In this document: positions 25,536-33,435 of the stretch, in pieces
Layout: each line of letters opens with the position of its first letter
How positions within the stretch are numbered: position 1 is the stretch's first letter
Assembly: GCA_036502245.1 (NCBI GenBank)
Contig: DASXYX010000028.1
Span: 96,637 to 160,636, forward strand
Origin: Verrucomicrobiia bacterium
GTDB taxonomy: Bacteria; Verrucomicrobiota; Verrucomicrobiia; Limisphaerales; UBA11358
Reading direction: 5' to 3'
Length of the DNA stretch: 64,000 nucleotides
Position numbers and translations under genes: made by a program
The notes under the pieces: model-generated
Seen by the model: only the letters and a program-made list of their open reading frames with translations
Databases searched by the model: none
What the model was told of the DNA's origin: nothing

Positions 25536-25650
25536 TTAATTATGGACAGGGTAGCCCTCGCGCCGTTCGAGGCAAATGGAAAAGTTCCTGAAAATCGTTT
25601 CCTTCCAGCGCGAATTCCTATAAACAATCTTTAGAAGCGCGAGGCTTTCG

Positions 25651-26235
25651 ATGAAAAAATGTTCCTATTGTGGCGCAGAATATCCTGATGAAACAACGGC
25701 GTGTCCGATAGATCAGACGCCGCTCGGAGAAACCTCCCCGGAACAAATTTCCGAAACTCCCTCTCGAAAATTTCCGATCTTTGCGGTGTTCTCAGAAAAC
25801 AAAGTGCCCGTTTCACTGGCCATCGTCTCTTACTTGTACTTTTTTCCGGCTGCAATGTGTTGTGCGGTTATTGCTTTCATAATGATGTTCAGCTTTCTCG
25901 GCGCTTCGCTAAGCGGCCGAATGGTGTTGATGTGCATGGTTGCCGCAGCCTTAGCGGTATTTTTCGTTTTTCTCTCGAGAGGGTTACGGCGATGCTCACC
26001 GGGCTGGCGTATTTGCGCATTGGTTCTTATTTGGTGGGGATTCCTGGCCATCGCATTTGATGTCGGACATTATTTTGCAACTCACGAGACTCCTCGCCAC
26101 GAATCGCCCCGTGAATTCTTTATCTACTATGGGTTGACGATTATTATCCAAATTTGGCAGTACAGGGTTCTTACCCGGCCTGACATCAAGGAATTATTTT
26201 ATGGGAAACCGGACTATTCCACTCAATTCCCATAA
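25651..26235 (+). CDS. Hypothetical membrane protein with N-terminal zinc-ribbon
   Basis: CSYCG..(12)..CPID zinc-ribbon-like N-terminus, then about 4 hydrophobic helices. Confidence 0.55.
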   Translation: MKKCSYCGAEYPDETTACPIDQTPLGETSPEQISETPSRKFPIFAVFSENKVPVSLAIVSYLYFFPAAMCCAVIAFIMMFSFLGASLSGRMVLMCMVAAALAVFFVFLSRGLRRCSPGWRICALVLIWWGFLAIAFDVGHYFATHETPRHESPREFFIYYGLTIIIQIWQYRVLTRPDIKELFYGKPDYSTQFP

Positions 26236-26435
26236 TTCCAATCCACGCCAGGGGCTATGGAAACAAAATGAAAATGGCTGTGGCGGAATCAATTGGAGAA
26301 CCGCTCCGCAAATCCAGCCACATCCTCTCGCTGTTCCTTCTCCAGGTGGAGAAGGTCAGGATGAGGACGGGCTTTAAAAACGCTCTTCCTTTCAAATCCA
26401 ATCCTCTTTCAAGTCACCAGGTCCTGGCAGTGAAA

Positions 26436-28007
26436 TCACTTCCAATAATTCCAATCCACATCCGGGAAGAGATTGTCCCGCGATTCGATCTCGGCCAGCC
26501 ATTTTTCATCGATGCCAGTTGCCGTGATCTGGTCGTGCAATGATATGAACCGCAGCAAATGGTCTTTCACGCGCCGCCGGGCGTATTCCGTGCTCGTGCC
26601 GGCGCGCAAAATGAACGGCCAATCGCTCGATTGCGCCAGCAACAGTTCCCGCGCCGCCTGTTTCAATGCGCGCGCTTTCACTCCCGTGGCCTTTGGGTGC
26701 TTCTTCGCCAATTCAGTCATTCGCTCCTGCGCGATCTGCAAATGCGGATAGATCCATTCGTTCTTCTCGTTAAGCCACGCGCGCAGGTAACCTTCCTCAC
26801 CCCACGTGGACGCGCTGGGCCGGGCGATCTGGTTCGTTGCATAGCGGTGCAAATAATCGCCCGGCGTGATCATCCCCACGGTCTTCTGGTCGTAACATAA
26901 TTTGCGCGCAAAGTAATCCAGGAATTCCGGCCCTTCATACCACCAGTGCCCGAACAATTCCGCGTCGTACGGCGCAACAATCATCGGCGGACGGTCCAAT
27001 AGCCCCGCCAACCGCTGAACCTGCGTGACCCGTTCATTCAGGAAATGTTGTGCGTGCTCGCCCGCCGCGTGCAAGGCTGCGCCGCGGTCGTAGATCTCTT
27101 TGTCCGCCGCGCCGGTGATGCGATAATATTTGATACCTGTGAACCCGCGGTTTTCCGGCGCCGGCAAATACGGTTTGACGTAATCGAAATCCAGGTCAAA
27201 GCCGATGTCCCGGTAAAAATCCCGGTAGCGCGGGTCGCCCGGATAACCTTCCCGCTGGCTCCAGACCTGGCGCGAGGAATCGTAATCGCGACCAAAAACC
27301 GCGATGCCGTTCGGCGTAAAAATCGGCGCAAACGTCCCATACCGGGGCCGCGGACGCGCGTGCAACACGCCGTGCGTGTCCAGGATGAACCAGCGGATGT
27401 TCGCCTCCTGCAAAAAAGTTTCCACACCGTCCACATAAGCGCATTCCGGCAGCCAGATGCCGCGCGGATCGCGTCCAAAACAGCTCTTGTAATGGTCGCG
27501 CGCCGTAAAAATTTGCGCGCGGATCGAGGAAGGATGATTGGCCAGCAGCGGCAACAGCGCATGGGTCGCCGCCGTGGTGATGATTTCGATGCGATGATCA
27601 TCCTGCAATCTCCGGAACACTCCCAGCAGGTCTCTCCGGTATGAATCCCAGGCATCGCGGATGGTCGTGAACCGGTGATGATACATCCAGGCCAGCTCGC
27701 GAAACGCGCGGTCCCAGTGCGTGCGATGGATCTCTTTTTCCGCCAGCGCGATGAGGTCGTTCAAATACCGCTCGTAGCGCTGTTGCAAGAGCGGGTCCGC
27801 CAGCATGGAGCAGAGCGTTGGCGAGAGCGAGAGCGTGATGGGTGCGTCCATGCCGTCCCTTCGCCAGCCTTCCAGGATCTGCAGGAGCGGGATATAGGTT
27901 TCGGTGATGGCCTCAAACAGCCAGTTTTCCTCCAGGAATTTTTCGCGTTCCGGGTGGCGCACAAACGGCAAATGCGCGTGCAATACGATGGAAAGGCAGC
28001 CTTGCAT
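26436..28007 (-). CDS. GH57-family 1,4-alpha-glucan branching enzyme
   Basis: CLSIVLHAHLPFVRHPE...ENWLFEAITETYIPLL N-terminus typical of GH57/DUF1957 branching enzymes; 523 aa. Confidence 0.9.
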   Translation of the reverse strand: MQGCLSIVLHAHLPFVRHPEREKFLEENWLFEAITETYIPLLQILEGWRRDGMDAPITLSLSPTLCSMLADPLLQQRYERYLNDLIALAEKEIHRTHWDRAFRELAWMYHHRFTTIRDAWDSYRRDLLGVFRRLQDDHRIEIITTAATHALLPLLANHPSSIRAQIFTARDHYKSCFGRDPRGIWLPECAYVDGVETFLQEANIRWFILDTHGVLHARPRPRYGTFAPIFTPNGIAVFGRDYDSSRQVWSQREGYPGDPRYRDFYRDIGFDLDFDYVKPYLPAPENRGFTGIKYYRITGAADKEIYDRGAALHAAGEHAQHFLNERVTQVQRLAGLLDRPPMIVAPYDAELFGHWWYEGPEFLDYFARKLCYDQKTVGMITPGDYLHRYATNQIARPSASTWGEEGYLRAWLNEKNEWIYPHLQIAQERMTELAKKHPKATGVKARALKQAARELLLAQSSDWPFILRAGTSTEYARRRVKDHLLRFISLHDQITATGIDEKWLAEIESRDNLFPDVDWNYWK

Positions 28008-28013
28008 TGAAAA

Positions 28014-28247
28014 TTATTCAAGCTTGTCCGCCACCCATTCCGAGATCGCCCTGGCCCTCACCAAAATAACGATGCCGATGACCGTCGGGATTAAATTCCA
28101 TATGATTGGAGATGGTTTGACCGGCGCGCGATGTTTTGGTTCAAAACATTGCGTCAAATAAAGTCCCACGTCCAATAAGCCTATCACGATGACACAAACA
28201 GCGACCAGACGGACCAGCATCAGGGCGCCGCGAGCAGGTGCGCTCAT
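28014..28247 (-). CDS. Hypothetical small membrane protein (2 TM)
   Basis: 77-aa ORF packed between DUF4912 (stop 28249) and GH57 (start 28007). Two hydrophobic helices. Confidence 0.45.
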   Translation of the reverse strand: MSAPARGALMLVRLVAVCVIVIGLLDVGLYLTQCFEPKHRAPVKPSPIIWNLIPTVIGIVILVRARAISEWVADKLE

Positions 28248-28248
28248 A

Positions 28249-29568
28249 TCATACGTTTTCCGGCAGCGGCGGCCGGAGCGACGGGTCCTGCGGGTGTTTG
28301 CCGACCTCGCCGCGATATTGGGTGTCTCTGCTGAATTTTAATTCCGCCGCCCGTCCATCCGTGCCATCCGCGGAGACCGCCACAGCCGGCAGTTCATATT
28401 TGCCGTCCGGCAGCGAGAAGCGGTAGCTGAAGGAACCATCCGGGCGCAATTTGATCTCATGTCCGGCCAGCGTGACCTTCGCATCCGGTTCAGTGGCGCC
28501 GTAGATGATCAACTCGGCATTGACGTTGAACCAAAAACCTTTGCGCTTTTCAACGCCGCCGGGCGGGCTGGAAAAACTGGAAACGCCAAAAGAAGAGATG
28601 CCCATCGAGGAGATTTCCTGCGCCAGCCGGCGGCGGATCAATTCGGTGATCTCCATCGAGCCCATCCACACCCGGCGCATCGGGTCGATGGTGACGATCT
28701 TCGAGAGCGCCTTTTCCTGTTGCGGCGTCCATGGGATGCCGTTTCCGGCGACCCGCGGCAGGTCCGGATGACCGCTGCGGCGAAGTTCTTCCACGGCCTG
28801 CGCCAGCGGATAATTTTCACGCACCGCAGCCTTGACCAACTCCATCAGCCGCATGAACGGAAAATCGAACGGGATCGTCGCCATCTCAAATTCTTCCTCG
28901 TTGGAAACCGCGTCCGGCGGCGTCACCGTCAGGCCGGATACGGCCACGCGGGTCCAACGCCCCAGGCTCGAATAGAAACCCAGTTCGGCGGCGTAAGAAT
29001 TGCCCGCGCGCTCCACGTGCGCGAACCAATGGCGCGACTCCGGATGCACGTGGATCTCGTAAAGGGGATGTCCCTCGACCGCGCTGGAGTAAATCCTCAA
29101 CACCATGTGCCCGTCCGAAGAACGCGCGTTCAATTTAGCCTGCTGCTCCTGGGTCAGGTCCCAGTTGGCATAAAGCCAGTGCGGATCGCGCGCGGTGATG
29201 AAAAGTTTTTTCGTTCCGTAAGCTTCCGGCAATTCGCCTTCAGTGCTCCGAAAAGTTTGCGCTACCGGTTCGGGACCGGTCTCAAATTTCTGGCCGGGAC
29301 CGCCCGCGGAAGACACAGGCGATTCATCGCCTTCCAACAATATCTTCGGCACTTCAATCTTTTTCTTGCGCGTATAAGTGCGTTGCACGCGCGTTTCAGC
29401 GGTGACTTTGACACCCATCTCACCCGCCTTGGCTTTTATCCCCGCGCGCCTGGCCTTCAATGGCGCCGTCACCGTTTCGATGGCTGAAGCGATCGTCTCT
29501 TTGATTCTTTTTGCAGGCGACCGTTTGGTCTTTGGCGAAGCACCGGAGCTTTTTTGGGCGGGAGTCAT
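28249..29568 (-). CDS. DUF4912 domain protein (commonly linked to GH57 branching enzymes)
   Basis: K/R-rich N-terminus, then ..ITARDPHWLYANWDL.. and C-terminal ..FWFNVNAELIIYGATEPDAKV.. segments characteristic of DUF4912. Confidence 0.8.
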   Translation of the reverse strand: MTPAQKSSGASPKTKRSPAKRIKETIASAIETVTAPLKARRAGIKAKAGEMGVKVTAETRVQRTYTRKKKIEVPKILLEGDESPVSSAGGPGQKFETGPEPVAQTFRSTEGELPEAYGTKKLFITARDPHWLYANWDLTQEQQAKLNARSSDGHMVLRIYSSAVEGHPLYEIHVHPESRHWFAHVERAGNSYAAELGFYSSLGRWTRVAVSGLTVTPPDAVSNEEEFEMATIPFDFPFMRLMELVKAAVRENYPLAQAVEELRRSGHPDLPRVAGNGIPWTPQQEKALSKIVTIDPMRRVWMGSMEITELIRRRLAQEISSMGISSFGVSSFSSPPGGVEKRKGFWFNVNAELIIYGATEPDAKVTLAGHEIKLRPDGSFSYRFSLPDGKYELPAVAVSADGTDGRAAELKFSRDTQYRGEVGKHPQDPSLRPPLPENV

Positions 29569-29843
29569 TTGAACTTCTATAGGATTTTTAGAGTTGGCAC
29601 AGTTTCGACAGGGTTTTCAATCGCGTCATGCGCGGGGCAGACGTTCTTCCTCTTAAGCAAAGCTGACGGTTTTATTTTCATATCCGTTTATGCCTCAATC
29701 CCCCTCAATTGGCGTCACCTTTCACGTTCCACTTTATCGCCGGAAAGGCCGGTGCGCAAGGAAAACTTCCATTGTGAATAACTTTCTCAAAACGGGCTTG
29801 CCTATGGCCCTGAATAAGAGAATTATGATTTGCAGGTGTTGGA

Positions 29844-30230
29844 ATGAGTGCCCCTGATACCCATGATTCGATAACGGTTTTCGTCGTGGACGACGAACCT
29901 TTGCTGCTGGATTTGGCCAAGACCATCCTTAATCCTCTTGGCTATAATATCCAGATTTTCAGTGACCCCCGAAAGGCGCTCGCCGCATATCCTAAAGCCA
30001 AACCCGCGCTGGTCGTCACGGATTATGCCATGCCCTGGATGACCGGCCTGGAAGTCATCCGTGAATGCCGGCGCATCCATCCCGACCAGAAGACCATCCT
30101 CCTGAGCGGCACCGTGGATGAAATGATCTATGCCTCGGAACCGGAACCGACCCGGCCAAATCAATTCCTTGCCAAACCCTATCAAGTCCGCGATTTTATT
30201 CAGGCCGTGCAGAAACTCGCAACCAGCTAA
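29844..30230 (+). CDS. Single-domain response regulator (CheY-like receiver)
   Basis: VFVVDDEP, phospho-acceptor context LVVTDYAMPWMTG, ILLSGT, conserved K in FLAKPY. No output domain and no kinase nearby. Confidence 0.88.
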   Translation: MSAPDTHDSITVFVVDDEPLLLDLAKTILNPLGYNIQIFSDPRKALAAYPKAKPALVVTDYAMPWMTGLEVIRECRRIHPDQKTILLSGTVDEMIYASEPEPTRPNQFLAKPYQVRDFIQAVQKLATS

Positions 30231-30239
30231 TCTCAAATC

Positions 30240-30986
30240 ATGAGCAAAAAACTTTTCCGACGCATTATTGTAACCGTGGTGATCGTTGTTGTCATCGTCA
30301 TCGCCGTGCTGGTAGTGAACCTGGATCGCATCGTCAAAGAGGCCGTGGAATATTATGGCCCGCAAATCACCAAGGTTTCCGTGACCGCGGATTCCGTGCA
30401 TCTCGGTTTGGGAACCGTCGAGATCAAAAACTTCGTCGTGGGAAATCCGGACGGTTACAAAACACCGCAGGCCGTCAGCGTGGGCGATGTCAGCGTAGCC
30501 GTGAATCCACTGACTGTTTTCTCCGATAAAATCGACGTGCTCTCGATCAAAGTGAAATCGCCGGATATTACCTTTGAAGGCGGTTTCAACGAAAACAATT
30601 TGAGTCAAATCCTCGACAACGTGAACGGCACGGCGCGGACCAATAACGCCACCGTGACGACCCCTTCAGGCAAAACCAAACCCGCCAAAAAACTTGAAGT
30701 GGATGATTTCATCATCAGCGGCGCCAAAGTACACGTCAACCTCACTGAATTAGGCAGCAAGGAAATGACCCTCACCATCCCCGACATTCAACTCTCCAAC
30801 CTGGGCACCGGCCCCAATGGCATCACCCCCGCGGATCTGGCCAGCCGCGTCTTGAGCGCCATCACCAGCGCCACCCTCAAAGCTGTTTCCAGCCAGATCA
30901 CCAACCTGGGCAGCAACGCGGCCAATCTCGGCAAGGGAACCGTCAACAGCGTCAAAGGCGCCATCAGCAATCTCTTTAAGAAATAG
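30240..30986 (+). CDS. Hypothetical membrane-anchored protein (AsmA/DUF748-like N-terminal region)
   Basis: N-terminal TM (IIVTVVIVVVIVIAVLVV) followed by a beta-rich region. 9 nt after the response-regulator stop. Confidence 0.55.
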   Translation: MSKKLFRRIIVTVVIVVVIVIAVLVVNLDRIVKEAVEYYGPQITKVSVTADSVHLGLGTVEIKNFVVGNPDGYKTPQAVSVGDVSVAVNPLTVFSDKIDVLSIKVKSPDITFEGGFNENNLSQILDNVNGTARTNNATVTTPSGKTKPAKKLEVDDFIISGAKVHVNLTELGSKEMTLTIPDIQLSNLGTGPNGITPADLASRVLSAITSATLKAVSSQITNLGSNAANLGKGTVNSVKGAISNLFKK

Positions 30987-31055
30987 CAGAAGCGTGAACT
31001 GGCTATTGCCATTCCCAATCATCCTCACGCTTATCCTCATCCTTCACTGTTTTTC

Positions 31056-31180
31056 GGTGAGGCGAGACTCTGTCGAGCCGTGACTTCATTAGTCATCAGT
31101 TTCATCCGCCCCTTGAATTTTGAAGCTTCTCTGGATGTTGGATGTTGGATGTTGGTTGTTCGATATTCGATGTTTCCCCT
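31056..31180. repeat. REP mosaic with a 7-mer tandem array
   Basis: GGCGAGACTCTGTCGAGCC (31061-31079; inverse copy at 353-371). (GGATGTT)x3 then GGTTGTT, CGATATT, CGATGTT at 31133-31174, ending TCCCCTC (compare the reverse complement of 145-168). Confidence 0.6.
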
Positions 31181-31240
31181 CATTTCTCAACTATGCCAAT
31201 CACACATTAGTGTCAGATAAACAAGACTGTTATTGACTTT

Positions 31241-31582
31241 ATGTCGGCAATACAGGACACTATTCTCATGTCGAAAACCAGCTCGATTCCGCTGCCTGCC
31301 GCCCATGCGCTTCGCAAGTTGGGCCGCGACCTCGCGCTCGCGCGGCGCAAACGCGGCATCTCCACGAGCGACATGGCGGCCCGTCTTTTTGTCAGCCGCG
31401 ATACGCTCTGGCGTCTGGAGCGCGGTGATCCAACGGTGGCCCTCGGCACTTTGGTGACGGCGACATTCGTTCTCGGGCTGCATGACCGGCTGGCAAACCT
31501 CGCGTCACCCGCCAGCGATGAACTTGCTCTGGGCCTTGATGAACGCCGCCTGCCGCAACGCATCCGCCGCCCCCGCTTATGA
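31241..31582 (+). CDS. hipB: XRE-family HTH antitoxin (HipB-like)
   Basis: 113 aa. HTH ..RRKRGISTSDMAARLFVSRDTLWRLERGD... ATGA overlap with hipA. Confidence 0.8.
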   Translation: MSAIQDTILMSKTSSIPLPAAHALRKLGRDLALARRKRGISTSDMAARLFVSRDTLWRLERGDPTVALGTLVTATFVLGLHDRLANLASPASDELALGLDERRLPQRIRRPRL

Positions 31583-32808
31583 GCCTGGAAGTCCACATTG
31601 ATTGGCGGGGGCAGACCCATCTGGTGGGGCGGCTCCATGCGGCTGAACGGGGTTCGTCAGTTTCATTTGAATATGTGACTGAATGGCTCCAGCGTGCTGA
31701 CGCCTTCGCCATTGACCCGACATCCCTTCCGCTACAACGTGGGGCGCATCATGGCGGGGTGCTCTTTGGAGCGATTCACGATTGCGGGCCTGACCGCTGG
31801 GGCCGGGTTCTCATTGAGCGCGCAGTTCGCAAGAAAGTTCTGGCGCAAAAACCGTATCACGACCTTCACTATGTGCTGGCATTGGACGATGCGTCGCGCA
31901 TCGGGGCTTTGCGTTTCCGGCTTGACCCCCAAAGCCCGTTTCTCGCCGCCACGACTGGAAAACTCCCGCCTTTGGTCCGCCTCAACGCTCTGCTTCGGGC
32001 AACGGACGCCATTCACAGCGAAACTGAAACCGCCCAGGATTTGCGGTTTCTGCTTGGCGCCGGGTCGCCGCTCGGCGGGGCGCGCCCCAAGTCTGCGGTC
32101 AGTCTGGCGGATGAACGACTCGCCCTCGCGAAGTTTCCCAAACCGGATGACACGCGGGATATTGCGGCAGGTGAAATTCTCGCGCTTACCCTTGCAGAGC
32201 AGGCGGGCATTCAGGTTGCGGAACATCGGCTCGTGCCGGTCGGCGGACACAATGTGGCAGTCATCACCCGATTTGATCGTGCGGGCAAAAACCGCATTCC
32301 CTTCATTTCCGCATCGAGCCTGCTGGGACTGTCCCAGGGCGACCCTGGCGCTTACACGTTGCTGGCCGACGGCATCCGTCGCTTCGGCAACGATGTCCCC
32401 GGTGACCTTCGCGAGTTGTGGCGGCGACTCGTTTTTTCGCTCCTTGCCGGCAATTACGATGACCACCTCCGCAATCATGGTTTTTTGATGCACGAACCCG
32501 GACGCTGGTCGCTTTCACCTGCCTACGACATCAATCCCGTGCCGGAAATGGATCGTGTCCGCATGAGCAAAACCGCCATCACTGAAGACCAGCAGGAACC
32601 GGCCATCTCCAGCGCGCTTGCGGCCGCGCCGCGCTTTGGTCTCAAGGCAGCCGATTCGAAGAAAATTCTCCGCGAGGTTTTCACGCCGGTTTCCGGCTGG
32701 CGCAAAACCGGGCGTCAACTTCGCCTCAAAGCATCCACTTTGGACGCCTACGCCAGCGCCTTCGAGCATCCACTCATGGATGAAACCAGGCAACTCCTTG
32801 GCAAATAG
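31579..32808 (+). CDS. hipA: HipA-family serine/threonine kinase toxin
   Basis: 409 aa. HipA N-terminal coupling region (VGRL..FEY) and C-terminal kinase core (GGARPK; NYDDHLRNHGFL; SPAYDINP). Confidence 0.9.
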   Translation: MSLEVHIDWRGQTHLVGRLHAAERGSSVSFEYVTEWLQRADAFAIDPTSLPLQRGAHHGGVLFGAIHDCGPDRWGRVLIERAVRKKVLAQKPYHDLHYVLALDDASRIGALRFRLDPQSPFLAATTGKLPPLVRLNALLRATDAIHSETETAQDLRFLLGAGSPLGGARPKSAVSLADERLALAKFPKPDDTRDIAAGEILALTLAEQAGIQVAEHRLVPVGGHNVAVITRFDRAGKNRIPFISASSLLGLSQGDPGAYTLLADGIRRFGNDVPGDLRELWRRLVFSLLAGNYDDHLRNHGFLMHEPGRWSLSPAYDINPVPEMDRVRMSKTAITEDQQEPAISSALAAAPRFGLKAADSKKILREVFTPVSGWRKTGRQLRLKASTLDAYASAFEHPLMDETRQLLGK

Positions 32809-32864
32809 GCCCAACAATCCGGGAATCGCCCCCTCAAAAATACCATATTTCCTCTTCACTTTCT

Positions 32865-33110
32865 TTCGTGTAGTTCGTGCTTTTCGTGGTTAACCCTTAT
32901 CCCTCATCTATTTACCCACAAATCCATCAATCCACCCATCCGTCCTTGTCACGTCGGAGCTTTAGCGGAGACGGATCCGATTTTGTTTCCGGGAAACATT
33001 ACATCTTCATTTTTCCATGCTTAAATCACCCCGTATGAATGCAACGACACATTCACGCAGTAGGGCGGGCTTCCAGCCTGCCGATTCCACGGGCATCCTG
33101 CCCGTCATCC
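32865..33110. repeat. REP mosaic in the 620-bp hipA-GH42 spacer
   Basis: TTCGTGTAGTTCGTGCTTTTCGTGGTTAA (compare 18616-18645 at the trpA stop). GGCGGGCT-TCC-AGCCTGCC and ACGGGCA-TCC-TGCCCGT hairpins at 33064-33106. Confidence 0.5.
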
Positions 33111-33172
33111 AGGCCCTTTTTGGATCCAGCTGTTCAAGCCCCTTACGCAAAGTTACGCGAACTTACGCGAAC

Positions 33173-33192
33173 TTGCGTTTAATTAAACGCAA
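33173..33192. promoter_or_regulatory. Perfect 20-bp palindrome, candidate operator upstream of GH42
   Basis: TTGCGTTTAATTAAACGCAA, 244 nt upstream of the GH42 ATG. Preceded by the tandem TTACGCGAAC x2. Confidence 0.3.
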
Positions 33193-33435
33193 GGATTCAT
33201 TCGCCGCAGTCTCTCAACTCAAATTCCTCTCAACTGCCGCTTCAAATTTAACCGGACTAAACCATTCCTTTTCCCAAACGAATTGTTCCCCGGAAACAAA
33301 AAATCCTAAAAACCTCAATGTTTGTGACGTCAATCGACGCCTCCTGACGCGAATTGACATGAAAGCATTCTTTGAATTGTATTGGCAGGTGTGGCAACTT
33401 GCCCTACAGTGTTGGTGAGCCAGTAACCTTGACCT

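Noticed and set aside
26268-26543. 91-aa plus-strand ORF between the zinc-ribbon membrane protein and GH57
   Set aside because: It overlaps the GH57 3' end in antisense and contains a hairpin (CCTTCTCC-AGGT-GGAGAAGG, 26335-26354). That hairpin is more plausibly a bidirectional terminator between convergent genes.
29595-29610. Sigma-54-like TGGCAC-N5 element upstream of the response regulator
   Set aside because: The -12 element reads CGACA rather than TTGC[AT]. It lies ~235 nt from the start codon, and no enhancer-binding protein is nearby. The evidence is too weak.
33017-33418. 133-aa plus-strand ORF in the hipA-GH42 spacer
   Set aside because: Its translation is dominated by REP-derived sequence (..SRAGFQPADSTGILPV..) and tandem repeats. 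There are no motifs, and it is likelier regulatory or repeat DNA.
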